Assembly: GCA_964016885.1 (NCBI GenBank)
Contig: OZ024740.1
Span: 172,236,001-172,300,000, forward strand
DNA length: 64,000 nucleotides
Reading direction: 5' to 3'
Origin: Eledone cirrhosa
Taxonomy: Eukaryota
The position numbers and the translations under genes were made by a program. This document shows, piece by piece, positions 39,585 through 54,558 of this stretch. The notes under the pieces are model-generated. The model had not been told where the DNA came from and searched no databases. It worked only from the letters and a program-made list of their open reading frames with translations. How positions within the stretch are numbered: the first letter of the stretch is position 1; each line of letters opens with the position of its first letter.

Positions 39585-40109
39585 ATTTCTATATTAAATT
39601 ATATATATATATATATATTTATATTTATGTGCGTGTATATATATAAAAACAAATCCGTTGACTTATGAAGCATTGAGAAATTTGAAATTTGAAATGTTTG
39701 AGTCCTAATGCAAGTGATCCAAATAATAGTACGACCACTATGAAAATAAGTTTAAATAGTCGGGTAAATTACCCTTGGAGACAGAAAAAAGGACGCGCGC
39801 GCGCACACAAAAACAGTGCAACGTCAACGACAAAAACCAGTAAAAACCAACACGGGAAATAGTTACAATAATGTAATTAGTTTCACGCTTATATTAAATG
39901 GAAAAAGAATTATCTTCAACGTAACGGTCGTTAGTCCTTCATCAGGAAAAAAATGAGAGTGGAGAAATACGTACAACAGAATGACAACATAGAGTAAACA
40001 AAATAAGACCAAAAAGAAGAGGAGGCACATAGAAGCACAACATAGTTATTGTAGAGGTCATAGAATGTGCGACGAAAGAGCTTTGACGAAGTAACCAATA
40101 ACCAGTGTC

Positions 40110-42275
40110 AGTCTTCGCTTGACTCAGGACTGCAACATCGTCAAGAAGACAAACTGTGGAAATACGTGCCTAGCAAACGGCGACCATACCTGTTCACCGT
40201 CGAAGTAAAACTGGAAATGACGTAGCCTTAGCACAAGAGCCGACATATAGGGGACAATACAATAGACGATGACAGTGGGGATTTTATATAAAAATCGAGT
40301 AAGAAATATAAAAACAATAATAATAAACAAGAAAAATACAAACAACAGAGTTCCTCAATAGGGGAATAATCACACAGGGGTGACTTAGGTACCTCATCAA
40401 TCCTGAACCACCCGACCCTTCGAGTGCACTCGGGAAGGGTACCCTTCTCCTCCTCAAATTAGCCAGCCTACAGGCGCATCCTCAGAGTAGGCCCATTCAC
40501 ACGGGCCATTCTCGCTACATTCACCCACCTTTTAGCAAATGTACTGAGAGGAGGGGCAGCACTTCTCTCTCTAGCCTTACCTTCCTTTCCAAGTGAAACT
40601 TGAAAAAGCCGGCGAGGGATTGGCCAAAGAGAAAAATGTCTGTCTTCAGTCCTTTCAGCCTGGTCCATCACACAACCTCTTCCACTACCGCCACCAGACA
40701 GGAAAATTGCCTGCCCAGAAGTTGAAGAGGAGCCGTTTCAGTTTGGCATAACCTCGCCAATTCTTATCCACCTGGAGGTCTGGTCAGAACGAGGCGCGAA
40801 CGAGGGCAAGGCACGACGGTCAGGCGGTAATCGATGATGTACGCGCCCGACAACGCTATTGGACGGCATGGACTTTCCTCTCCAGATGCTGAGCTGCAAG
40901 CCTTTCGACTTTTCCGGGTTTAATTTTGCTCCTGTCAACCTTTCATATTCCTCCAAGAAGGTGCCGACCACCTCGATTTCCGAGGTGTTTGACACCATCA
41001 CAGTGTTGTTCGCATATACCGCCACAGCTTTTCCACGTTCCAGTTCGAGCGGGATGTCCCGCAACAGCTCCAGCTTCCGCAGTAAAGGCTCGTGAGTCAA
41101 TACGTAGAGAAGGGAGGAGAGAGGGCATCCTTGACAGACCGACCAGATGAACTGAAATGGTTCCGAAAGATGGCCATTAATTTTGACCACCGTGCAGATA
41201 CCGCTGTGCATTGCAGCGATTCAGGGTCTGAAACGAGACCATACTCAGCTGCCTTGACGACAGCTTCCAGGTATCGATGGTCGACTCTATCGAATGTTTT
41301 CGATTCATCTAAACGTCGAGGTAGTGTCTGAAATCCGCCAGTCTTCAATACCCCGCTTTCCCCGAACAGCCGAGGAAGTGTTGGCGAAAGGCCTCACACA
41401 TCTGCCCGGAATCGTTCAGCTCGCGTTCGTTTCGGTGCGTCAAATAGCGAATTGTGTGCCTCCACCACGTGAGTCCATCGAACAGATTTGGTTCCCTCGT
41501 TTCTGAATGCATGCGCTTTAGCTCCGACAATGCAAACTTCGTATTTCGCATTGAAGAAATGGTCTAATGCCATTGTCGCCGCTAGTACGACAGTTGCAAT
41601 GCCACTACAAATAGCCTCGTCTAATTTGGCTACCAGCTTCCCCTCCTTTGTATTTTGCTTTAAAGCTACTTCTTTACTAAAACCTATCAACATAACTAAC
41701 CTCTCTTTTGAGAGCCCCTACCACCTATTGTTGACAACCCCATCCCAGTCAATTTTTGCTTAACTAAATTGATGATCCGCTCTCTGTAAGCTTTATGTAC
41801 CAGGAATGATATGTTCAGCAAATTTCTGATCTGAAAAGGCGAAAGGTTGGAAAAAGTGTTCAATCTATACTAACCTTATCTACTGACCTAATAAAGAATC
41901 TATCTATATACGATCTAGATGACCCTACGCAGTTGGTCCAGGTCCACACTGACGCATTAGGGCAATCTTGTCGGTACCTGTTAGACAGTTTGAACAGGCT
42001 GATCAGGTACTTGAGGCTTTTGCACTCCCTGCTTCTATCAGTTACTCCCACACAACCTCAACGTGTGTCTAAGATGCTGTTCCAGTACCCCGCTAACAGT
42101 AAAGGACAATACGTTCTCAGAAAGGTTTCCTGGTACCCAAAGATATACGGCCGTTCAGCTTCGGTTTGAGCGTAGACCGCCACCAGTCTAACCGGACCAT
42201 CTTGCTTACCTACAAGTCCAGCAACTTACTGTCCAGGTCCAGTGCTTTCCTAAACAACACTGCCACCCGGCTGAC
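40110..42275 (-). mobile_element. Tx1-like LINE, internally deleted and 5'-truncated
   Basis: WTWTN..GSSRSYIDR, FDRVDHRYL, QGCPLS, 3'UTR related to 12480-12780. Confidence 0.85.
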
Positions 42276-42321
42276 TAAGAAGAAGAAGAAGAGTTTAAGC
42301 TTGACTGTCTGGCATTATATC

Positions 42322-42511
42322 CTGGTGGATTGGCAGTGTCGGTAGAGGGTCGGACGCCATGCTTTGACGCATAGAGTTACGGCCCTTGCCATTCTGAGTT
42401 CAAATCCTGCCGAGGTTAACTTTGCCTTTCATCCTTACGGCGTCGATAAAATAAAGTACCAGTAATGTACTGGGTTTTTGCTGGCCTTGTGCCAAATGTA
42501 GAAACAATTAT
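42322..42511 (+). mobile_element. SINE copy
   Basis: Same head/core/tail. Confidence 0.85.
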
Positions 42512-43166
42512 ATCCTATAAAAATGTATATATGTGTATGTCTTTGTCTCTGTGTGTGTGTGACTATGTGTGTCACAAAATAAATCTGATCTCAAATACCA
42601 GCATCAAGATCTTTTATATGTGCTAAAGTTTGCATTAAAAGACTTTTCTTCTTTTTTCTTTTTACATTTTCTTATTATTTGACTTCTTTTTTCCTGTGTT
42701 TTTTTTTCATTTCCTTTCCCTTTTCTTTCTTTTTGTCTTTTGTTTTCACACCGGTGTTTACGCTTCATCTAACTTAAGGTAGGCCGAAACCATGGCATAG
42801 TTAAGTACACCGACTGTGGCAGGTTAAAGAATGTGCACTGAGTGATACCTAAAGGTCAACAGCCTCACGTTTGCCGTTGGCAGCCGGCCGGTAGTACGGC
42901 AGTGGCATTAATATACCTGAGATGTGTTTGTATGAGTGTCGGCAGGTATGTATGTGTGTATATATGTGTGTATTTATGTGTGTATTAACGATGACTATTG
43001 TAGTGGTAATAGGCGTTTGGAGGAGCGGCAGGTAGTCTTTACATGTTTTGAAACACCTGTTTGAAATACTCATATATATACTTGCCTCTATAATATAAGT
43101 ACAAATAGTATACACTTATATACATACATATGCGTACATGAAAAATATGGTATAAACACAAACAGG

Positions 43167-43206
<40 letters not shown>

Positions 43207-43577
43207 GTGTGTGTGTGTACGCGTGTGTGCGTGTGTGTATGTGTGTGTGTTTTGTATACTTTTACACACACGCGCACACGCACACACGCACACACACACA
43301 CACACATATGTATATATGTATGTGTGTATGTAATTGTGTGTGTGTGTGTACATACATATTTACATACAAACATATTATATATATATTATATGTAATATTG
43401 AGCCCAGCTAGCACGTCGGCTTGAACAGGCTACCGGAAAGATGTATGTAAGACAACACAACATAAAGGCAGGAGAGAGTAAGGGAGAGTTATTTGCTCAG
43501 GACAAAAACACAGCAAAATAGGAGTCAAAGTGTTTACAACTGGAAATGGGCAAGATATGGTGTAAGCAAGCTGTGTA

Positions 43578-43614
43578 GTTGACGTGTTTCTGGATATCTA
43601 TCTATCGTCAGTAA
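43578..43614 (-). ncRNA. minimal hammerhead motif, stem I weak
   Basis: TTA-CTGACGA-TAGATAGATATCCA-GAAA-CACG-TC-AAC. Confidence 0.5.
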
Positions 43615-43695
43615 TATTTAATCTTTCGGTACAGATACCTGCTAAGACATGAATAAGCTAAAGCTTATATGCGTTTTGCGCATGAACCACCTGCT

Positions 43696-43712
43696 GAGAG
43701 AGAGAGAGAGAG

Positions 43713-43801
<89 letters not shown>

Positions 43802-43923
43802 GGTTGTACCAGCTCCGGATTGGTACATTTTCTAGCGACAAAAATTGGATCTTAGTGGGAATTGATTTCATAGCGCAGCGAGCCTTAAAAATATACCAAC
43901 GCATTGTATTCAACAGCAACTAC

Positions 43924-43955
<32 letters not shown>

Positions 43956-44016
43956 TGTATGTATGTATGTATGTATGTATGTATGTATGTATGTATGTAT
44001 GTATGTATGTATGTAT
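43696..44016. repeat. (GA)n 43696-43798 and (TATG)n 43926-44016 microsatellites
   Basis: Directly visible. Confidence 0.95.
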
Positions 44017-44018
44017 AG

Positions 44019-44616
44019 TTGGTGCTACTGGTAACATCTATCCCAGTACAACCTGTCTCATGGTCGGGTCGTTGGCGACTAAACTGGCAACCCCACCAAG
44101 GTTTCTTGGTGAGGAGGGTGACTTTGGACATCCTGCAGGACTAAAAACAAAACCTGTCAAAGGGCAAAGGAGCTCTTAAGAGTCAATGGCCATCCAAAAT
44201 CACCGGGAGAGATGACCCCTTAGCCTTTGTCAAGCCAGAATTCTAGGAGAAGGAAAACTCTGATATAACACCTGCAACTCTGATGGTATCCAATGATGTT
44301 GACTTGTTCTTCTTTTTGGTAAATATCATCTTGGTTAAGAGAGTGGGACTGGCTTTGTGCAGTGCCTTTGCTCACTATAAAAGCTTCACGGCACAGGCAT
44401 TGCTTTATATCTGGAGATCTCTCTGCACTTGTCGACACATGGTACCATGGGCCCAGCACTATGTGTCAATAATTGTCACAAGTGTAGTGTGTGTACCAGA
44501 GTTTTCAAGTCGCTGGCTGGACTAAAAAGTCACACTCGTTCAGCGCATCGGTAGGGGTTCTCCTACATGGTTATAAAGTAGTGGCCGTACTCGAAAACGA
44601 GTTGGCAGCCACCATG
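44019..44616 (+). mobile_element. ~600-bp non-autonomous retroelement, probably RTE-derived
   Basis: Near-identical inverted copy 53621-54219 with same ends; CTAGGAGAAGGAAAACTCTGA motif like RTE 5'UTRs; 3' stem-loop; (TATG)n before and (TA)n after. Confidence 0.65.
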
Positions 44617-44618
44617 TA

Positions 44619-44657
<39 letters not shown>

Positions 44658-44778
44658 TTTATACTTATATATAAACTATATATAGTTATAAACAGGAAAG
44701 GTCAGTATTCTTTAATTTTTTTACCACCTTATTGCCAGTATGAAAATAGCTCAATGTAAATACTAAACACAGTAGATG

Positions 44779-44871
<93 letters not shown>

Positions 44872-44874
44872 TAC

Positions 44875-44930
<56 letters not shown>

Positions 44931-45437
44931 GACACTTTATTTCACGTTATTCCTTCTACCTGCATTTGCGACCGATAGATAGCATTAGCAATTGGAAAGA
45001 CCAACGGAAACATTGTTTCCTCGGTCAGATTTAACGAAAGTCGATCGACTGTCGATATGAGCTCGCGTCGATCCTATAGTTTTACTAATACACCCTATCT
45101 GCATCATACCATGTATCGAGTTCTTCTCTGATTTGTGGCTTTCCTCGTCCAATATATATATATATATGGAAAAGAATGAAACGAAATTTCATTTCTCACT
45201 CTTAGTACGGCTGATACTTAAATGTAAGTATGTATGTATACGTACATACATATATGTATACAGATGTACAGTAATATGTATATATATACATACATGCACA
45301 CATATATATATGTACGTATGGGTTTACCGTACATTTACTATAATGTTCGGTTTGTTTGTAAACAAACAGCCCGAATTACGCCGTTCAGCGTTCAGGCAAC
45401 CATCGTCGCCCTTTTGTTCAACACTGACACAGGAACT

Positions 45438-45474
45438 ATGTACTAGTTTCAAGCTTATTAGCTATCGTCAGCAT
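45438..45474 (-). ncRNA. minimal type-I hammerhead ribozyme
   Basis: ATG-CTGACGA-T-AGCT-AATA-AGCT-T-GAAA-CTAG-TA-CAT; palindromic stem III, GUA site. Confidence 0.8.
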
Positions 45475-45722
45475 CGTATACCTTTCTGCCAGATAATTGA
45501 ACGTCTGAAAGTATATACTTTCCCTGTGCATATTAACGGCTGAGCAGCCTAATTTGCATATCGAGTCGGCCGGACGCACCGAAAACGATAAATGGAAAAG
45601 ATTGAAACGAAATTTCATTTCTCACTCTTAGTACGGCTGATACTTAAATGTAAGTATGTATGTATACGTACATACATATATGTATACAGGCGTATATATG
45701 TAAATCGTGATGGCTATCCCTA

Positions 45723-45778
<56 letters not shown>

Positions 45779-46644
45779 TAGGCACAGCCATCACGATTTA
45801 CATTTACTGTGGTATAATTGTATACGGTATGACAGATTGGTTCGATGCCAACTCGGACATACAGTGAATTTCACTTGGGACGTTGGGTTGAGCGACTGTA
45901 CTTGAGGACTTTGGGGGATGCCAGTTATTGCGGACCTGTCGTAATTTCAATTTCCTCACTTGTGTGCCGGCTGTACATGTACCATACATTTCTTCAACTC
46001 ATCGTACTTTTAGGTGTATATCTCATGACCGCCTATGGTGATAGATCCCCTGGGTATATGTTTTGGAAAAATAGTGTTATCTCACCTAACGCTCGGAACT
46101 GAAACTTATCGATGTGGTTCGTAGGGTGCTGATATGATACGGAGAATCGACCTGTTACAAGGCGATATAATTGGTGTACATCATCCTTCCTATGGACTAT
46201 CATACATGTAAAGCTGCACCACCGCTAACCAACTATTCTTAATCTGCCTGTACACCCTGTTTTTGCACTGCTTGTTCTTTGGTGTATCTATGCTTTGCTT
46301 TGTTGTTTTTTTTGATTTTTGTTTTTTTTTGTTCCTTTATTGTTTTTTATTTTAATTTTTATTTCTTTTGTTATCTTTGTATTTTTGTACTTTTTTATTG
46401 TTTTAGATCATGCTGTGTAATACCTTCACTCGTTCCTTTGCTACCCTCTCCCAACCTCTTTATCATCTATTGCACCATTTAAGTGATACATATTTGGTGT
46501 AATTTTTCATGACATTTTATGACATTATGTGCATCATGTATTATGTCTTTTTCCATATAGCGCTGGCCTCGGGACCCCCCTGCTGGTCCTTTAACCTTTT
46601 TCTGGTGACGCAGCTTGATGGAGCATGCAACTATTGATATACTC

Positions 46645-46710
46645 TTGTTTATAAGCTCTGATGATTCCTGCCATAGGGTATGGATGAAACACTGTTAGCT
46701 AATAAAACAA
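46645..46710 (+). ncRNA. type-I hammerhead ribozyme with AATAAA in distal stem I
   Basis: TTGTTTATA-AGCT-CTGATGA-T-TCCTGCC-ATAG-GGTATGGA-T-GAAA-CACTG-TT-AGCT-AATAAAACAA. Confidence 0.85.
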
Positions 46711-46883
46711 TGTATTTCTAAGCACTCTTTCGGTATTCCTATAATTATAACGGCTCTGTAGTATACTAGTTATCCTACATTGAGCTAAAACTGTCTGAGC
46801 ACACAACACACATTATGCTGATTGGGAGAGGAAATGGTGTATATATCTCATCAAATGATTCTATGGACATAATTTATAGTATG

Positions 46884-46926
<43 letters not shown>

Positions 46927-47154
46927 TTTGCAAGGTTTTTTATATGAAATCGTGTGTCGAAAAAAATATTGATATACTTGGGGAGAGTCATATTGTTATA
47001 ATATTGCCAGAAATAATAATAGAACTGTTTAGTTTGAGTTGGTTTTCGCTTCTGTATCTTTTATATCTCCATAGTTAATTTATTTGGCAATCAATGTTTA
47101 TCATTGATTCATTAACGGTTAAAAATACAGATATAAATATATATATATAGTCTA

Positions 47155-47195
47155 TCAAATTTCTTTCGTTGCACATCTGCAACATCATCAGTGGT
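47155..47195 (-). ncRNA. hammerhead motif in inverted pLTR
   Basis: CA-CTGATGA-T-GTTGCA-GATG-TGCAAC-GAAA-GAAA-TT-TG. Confidence 0.65.
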
Positions 47196-48409
47196 ACTAT
47201 TATGTTTCCTCCCGTTGTATTGTATTGCCTACGCTATATATATATATATATATAACGAAGGAAGTGTGGTAAGGAACCAGATGGACCATAACGCACCAGA
47301 GTACTCAATACTTAGAGTAGTATATATATATACTATATGGTATGAGTGACGAAGAACGTGTCCCGCATGTACGACCCAACTGAAATGGAAAGCCACACAC
47401 AACACTTCATCAACCGCATGCAGTTCTCTGGATACAACCAAAGAGACAGAATCAGAGTATACGAAGGATCCACGGAGAAGAATAAGACCCTCATAGAACT
47501 GGACATGAAAGGAATTTGCCCATTATACAGGAGCAAATCATGGAATAGCTTAGATAGGACTAAACATAAGATAGGGAAAACCACCTCATGGTACGACAAC
47601 CAGAGATACCAGAGTCTCATGTTCGTGGTCGCTACCCCTGGAGGGAAATTAGCTAACTCGTGTAGAAAGGCCCTGAGAAAGACCCACTTAAAGATTAAAG
47701 TGGTAGAAAAGCCAGGAACCACGATAAAATCCCTGATCAGCAAAACATACCCTTTTAAGAAAACCCACTGTACTAATAGGAAATGTACTATATGTAAAGT
47801 AAACCCCCGGATAAACTGTAAAACTAGAAACGTAGTCTATAGCATAAGATGTACAGAGGGTACTTGCAGAAACATGACAACAACATACATAGGTGAGACA
47901 GCTCGAAGCATAGGTGAAAGGATAGACCAACAATGGGGGAACTAAAAGGAAGAAAAAACGGTTCAGTACTATATGAACACACCAGACAATAACATGACGG
48001 TAACATAAACACCATTGAAATTAAAATAATATCTAAACATAGAAATGACCCAGCAGATAGGCAAATCAGAGAGGCCAGTGAAATAGAGCCTAAAAGGCCA
48101 AAGCTAAACAGTAAAAATGAATGGAATAACAACAACACCCAAACAAACAATACTGACCTAAGAGAAATATAAATAAATAAATATATACACAAGCACAATA
48201 ACAGAAAACACATGTAAACACACACTAGTAAACTAAGATAGAATACAATAACCAAAACACAGTCACCCAAACACGAACACACCTCAAACACTATACATAC
48301 ACGCAAACGTATGCCCAGAGAAGAAGCCAAAAATAAATAAATAAATAAATAAACAGATTAAATAAAGATGGCGTAGACATACAATACACCAGGAGGAAAC
48401 ATAATAGCA

Positions 48410-48448
48410 CCACTGACGATGTTGCAGATGTGCAACGAAAGAACTTTG
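48410..48448 (+). ncRNA. hammerhead motif in 3' pLTR
   Basis: CA-CTGACGA-T-GTTGCA-GATG-TGCAAC-GAAA-GAAC-TT-TG. Confidence 0.75.
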
Positions 48449-48642
48449 TTAGACTATATATATGTGTTTGTGTCTATATTATACCTGTATTTTTGACCGT
48501 TGGTCAGGCAATGGTAAACATTGAGGACCGAATAAATTAACTGATATAAAAGATACAGAAGCGAAAACCAGCCAAACAGTGAGTGTGTTCTGTTATTAAT
48601 TCTGGCAATATTATTACAACAATATGACCCTACCCAAGTATA

Positions 48643-48787
<145 letters not shown>

Positions 48788-49000
48788 TCTAACAATGATA
48801 ACAAAGGCAAGTTATTTTACGTATCCTATTTACTGTTTTACGATCGTTTCGGAGGGTTGAACATATCGATATATCGACTGATTTATAACCGTTATAGAAT
48901 TCTATCAGACATAATATATGAGTTAGATATCATACCGTCTTCTTCCGAAACAATATGGTATAGACCCTACCGCCAACGGTAGACAACATTGAATTGCATA

Positions 49001-49114
<114 letters not shown>

Positions 49115-49518
49115 TGTGTGTGTGTGTGTGTGTATACTTAGTCATGTCTTGTCCCAGGAGTTTCTGAGTACACAAAATAAACACTGTCGTAACAAAACTA
49201 AAGTTTGGCTTCAATAGAGCGGGGCGCTGTGTGTGAGTGCGCGTACATTCTAACAGTTGCTCTACCGAATTGGCAATGCACCAGCATTATATGCGTGACT
49301 ATTTTTAGAAAATGTGGGTGAGCGTTATTGATCATGCGGTAAGACCGTTGTTATACATAACAAACTGCTATTAAATTATCAATCCATAAAGCAGGTGTGA
49401 ACTTGCACTGATATGACCTTTCACATAAACTTATCCAGACGGTTTTAAACACCGACACACTTGCATACACACATGTATGTAAGTGCATGTGTGTATGTGT
49501 GTGTATGTAAGTATGTAT

Positions 49519-49591
<73 letters not shown>

Positions 49592-51311
49592 CGTTGTACC
49601 CGCCGAAAGTATGGGGTTTAATAGCATTTCCTTTCCACTTCAAAACTTGCTCCTCGATCTTTTTGTTTTCTTTCACTTATTCTTACTCTTTATATCTCGA
49701 GCCTCGTTTCTGCGGCTTGCTGTGTTTTATTGTTTTTATTTATTTTCTAATTCACATTGAGTCCTAACCTTTTCTTCTAGTATCCGTCGTCTTCCTCCTG
49801 CTCTTCGACGAGGATCTGTTTCTAGGAGACTGAGTTGTATGAATATTTTAAACTGTGATGTCACAACTGTCATGTCACAACTATCCCACCACTAACCGTA
49901 TGAGAATGTCAGACACGTGTTTCCCGATCTTCATCCATCACCGGTGACATTTACTCACTCGGTTCTAAGACAAGAATAAACACCAGCTGGGGATACTTAT
50001 AGCATATGAAACACCAGCTGGGGATACTTATTTCCAGCACATGGAAATAAAACATCGGCTGGATATGTTCATTTGCATATAATGTGAAGTTGATCGGCTG
50101 GGATTAATTAGCAGTAACACTAACATTGCGTAGTTCATGATATGAACCACCCAATGTTTATTCACCTAGTTCGCTTTAATGTAAAATATTGATTTGTTTT
50201 TGATGAAGCACAATATCCCCACCCCCACCCCCCAGGAATAGATTTAGCTTACTGAATTACCATTTTAATGTTACTCTTTTATATCATCATAACAATTTCT
50301 GTAATTGAGGTGGGGAGCCAACTAGAACAGAATATGAACTCAAAATGTTTAGGCATGTATCTAACTACTGCAAGAAATATTCTCCAATTCTTTATAGTGC
50401 CTAACTGTCTTGTCGTATCGAAGCAATCTATAGATCCTCCATACATTTCGACGATGAGTGGATCAACTGAACGTCCGACTTAGATTAATGAGTAAATTGC
50501 TGAATATTCCGCAGACATAAAAATACCCTTAACATAATTTCCAAGCCTCGACGTTATATGTGACAAGGCTAGAATTTTGAATATAGCTGATGTGCTTCCA
50601 CACATTTTTCGCCTACCCAATTTCCTCCAAAGCTCTGGTAAAAATGCTTGCCCTGTATGTCGCACTGTTGAATCGCATCCGGGACCTGATGATTGGAATG
50701 TGGCCTTAACCACTTAACCATACCTGCGTCTACATTAAAAATTGTAATAAGAACAAAAACAATTCAACACCAGGATTTTGTTGACGATGACAACAATCAA
50801 CTATATGTTTATGTTTACCTCAAAGTCCGAGACCTGTGCTAGAAGATAAAATGTAATATTAAACCACAAGATTCATAATATAGATAACATTTTAAGAAAC
50901 CAGATAAGTAGAATGGCTATTGGTGTTGGGAAGGGCGTGATATACACAAACATAAACACACAGCACACAGAAACATAATCGTGAAGTTAGTCAGACACAT
51001 AGAAGTTTGTGCGGATACAAACTAAATAACTTATACACACATGCACTAACTAAACTAAAGGAATAAAAATACTTTAACCACACCCATATACGTACTTAAA
51101 AATAGTGCATATGCATACACAAGTTAAAAATAGTACACACAGGCAGACATAGAGAAAAGTAACATCTTGCGGTTGCTAAGTGTATGTACACGTTTATGTG
51201 GGTAAAGATGGCCTCTCCACTAGAGTAACAGACTGTTTTTTTTTAGAGTAGTGGAAAAACCAATTATTCCTCAACTCACAACATATTTCTGGTATTTGAG
51301 CTATACAAAAT

Positions 51312-52270
51312 TGAATATATTTTTAAGAGACAATACGACACCATCCTCACAGCCCCCCAGTAATAAACCACTAATATGTTAGTAATACATTCGATTTTGA
51401 GAGTCTAATGCACCATTAATATAATTGTTTCTACTTTTGGCACAAGGCCAGCAATTATTCCAGTACATTACTGGTACTTTATTTTATCGACCCCGTAAGG
51501 ATGAATGGCCGAGGTTCACTTTGCCTTTCATCCTTACGGGGTCAATAAAATAAAGTACCTGTAATGTACTGAAATAATTGCTGGCCTTCTGCTAAAAGAA
51601 GAAACAATTATATTAACTAGCAGAAAACCACCCTAAGGGTGCTAGCATGTGTAGTGTGTATATTGATATTATACGCAAGTATATATACATGTAGTTATGA
51701 TACATCAAATAAAATCGTAATTGACAATATATAATACATAGAAATTGAGCGAAGACTTCGTTACACTGTCTTATGTAATCAGTAACGTAATCCACGATAC
51801 ATTAAAAAACAGACGATATTATATATAAACTGCATTAGGAGAAAATTAGTGACAGAAAATTAATACGTTTATTTACGTGATCGCCACCGGAAGTGTTGAC
51901 ATTTGAAAATTTTAAAGAAGTGAATCTTTAAATAAATAATAAAATATATTTAATCATCAGCCACGAAATTTAGTAGATAAGGTTAACTTTGCCTTTCATC
52001 CTTACGGGGTCGATAAAATAAAGTACCAATAATGCACTGGAATAATTGCTGGCCTTGTGCCAAACGTAGAAACAATTATTTATTCAAAGTAATCCAACTT
52101 ATTTTACTAATGGATAACACATTATAAACCGTACGCAGTCCCGCGCTTCTTACTTTATTATAGTTTAGATGGTGCATTAGACTCTCATAATCGAATATAT
52201 TAGTGACATATTTGTGGTATATTACTGGGGACTGTGGGGATGGTATCGTACAGTCTAAAACATTATTTTA
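51312..52270. mobile_element. palindromic MITE-like element (~100-bp inverted arms) with nested SINE fold-back and Helitron
   Basis: Arms 51312-51416 / 52170-52270; SINE - 51421-51507 and + 51508-51612; Helitron 51617-52169. Confidence 0.6.
51617..52169 (-). mobile_element. non-autonomous Helitron with SINE fragment (51981-52083) inserted
   Basis: A|TC ... CTAG|T termini; colinear with 19486-19971. Confidence 0.8.
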
Positions 52271-52369
52271 AAACCTTTTTGCTCTACCAGCTCGTCATCT
52301 CATACAGCATCGAATGCTACACTATTTATTATTTATTTATTTATCTCTCAATTTATTTTCCCACCTCTC

Positions 52370-52541
<172 letters not shown>

Positions 52542-52622
52542 TATTAGGTAATTCTGAAAGAAAAAAGAGTGCTCTATGTAGGCTACAGAGCTTTTTAGTC
52601 ATGTAATAAACAACATAAGATA

Positions 52623-52692
52623 ATTATTTCATTTACCAGTGGTTTCTTGAAGAGAGATATTTATGTCTGTCTTCATTCATCAGAAAAATAAT
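52623..52692 (-). ncRNA. type-I hammerhead ribozyme
   Basis: ATTATTTTT-CTGATGA-A-TGAAGACAGA-CATAAATA-TCTCTCTTCA-A-GAAA-CCACTGG-TA-AATGAAATAAT. Confidence 0.75.
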
Positions 52693-53026
52693 ATGAAATA
52701 TTTATTTAATATGGATCTGAAAATAGAGTTTAGGATAAATGAAAGTGAGGCTGAAATAAAATAACGGGCAAAAAAAAAATTGAGGGGAAAAATATATAAA
52801 TAAATATCCCAAACATTAACATACACATACTCAAACGTATACATTCACACATAAGTATATGTGCGTCTACATGGAAATGCAAATACACACATATAAATGA
52901 GTGATCTTTTGCTCACATTTGCGCAAACACAAGTGCACTTTCACACAGATAATCAGAAATAACGTATCTAATATATATATATACACATGCACATCTCTCC
53001 GTACATATATACATACATATATATAC

Positions 53027-53620
<594 letters not shown>

Positions 53621-53624
<4 letters not shown>

Positions 53625-54219
53625 GGTGGCTGCCAACTCGTTTTCGAGTACGGCCACTACTTTATATCCATGTAGGAGAACCCCTACCGATGCGCTGAAC
53701 GAGTGTGACTTTTTAGTCCAGCCAGCGACTTGAAAACTCTGGTACAAACACTACACCCGTGACAATTACTGACACATGGTGCTGGGTCCATGGTACCATG
53801 TGATGACAAGTGCAGAGATATCTCCAGATATAAAGCAATGCCTGTGCCGTGAAGCTTTTATAGTGAGCAAAGGCATTGCACAAAGCCAGTCCTACTCTCT
53901 TAACCAAGATGATATTTACCAAAAAGAAGAATAAGTCAACATCATTGGATACCATCAGAGTTGCAGGTGTTATATCAGAGTTTTCCTTCTCCTAGAATTC
54001 TGCCTTGACAAAGGCTAAGGGGTCATCTCTCCCGGTGATTTTGGATGGCCATTGACTCTTAAGAGCTCCTTTGTTCTTTGACAGGTTTTGTTTTTAGTCC
54101 TGCAGGATATCCAAAGTCACCCTCCTCACCAAGAAACCTTGGTGGGGTTGCCAGTTTAGTCGCCAACGACCCGACCATGAGACAGGTTGTACTGGGATAC
54201 ATGTTACCAGTAGCACCAA
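53621..54219 (-). mobile_element. second copy of the ~600-bp non-autonomous element
   Basis: Reverse complement of 44019-44616. Confidence 0.7.
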
Positions 54220-54558
54220 TACATACATACATTCATACACACATACACAAATATCTCAAACATGTGTAAACATACATACGCACATCTGCCTAAGTACGCA
54301 CGTATACACAGGCGTACAAAAGTTCAGACACACACGCGCGCACTACTCTTACGTGTGCACATACACGTAATCACATGTATAGGCAGATACTACATAGTAC
54401 ATTGGGAGGTAGTTGGGGAACAGAATAAAATAAAAAAATAAAGCATAAAACGAAAGGTGGGGGGAGGGGAATAATAAATAAATATATAAATATATATATA
54501 TAAACATAGGTAAATATACACATACACACACAGACGCACACAATATGTATATATATAT

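Larger units (their letters stand above)
47149..48458 (+). mobile_element. 5'-truncated Penelope-like element (thumb + GIY-YIG) between inverted HHR-bearing pLTRs
   Basis: ORF 47346-47945: VVEKPG, CTNRKCTIC..NCKTRNVVYSIRC..YIGETARS..ER; DPADRQIREA, LNSKNEW; pLTR 48371-48458 inverted at 47149-47234. Confidence 0.85.

Noticed and set aside
45163-45700. Direct ~95-bp repeat with GTAAGT donor as host exon
   Set aside because: No coherent ORF; encloses an HHR, so more likely PLE debris.
49780-49835. Possible short exon (IRRLPPALRRGSVSRR)
   Set aside because: Acceptor-like context only; weak donor, no supporting neighbours.
50685-50700. CTGATGA box
   Set aside because: Antisense of a decayed SINE head; no GAAA or stems.
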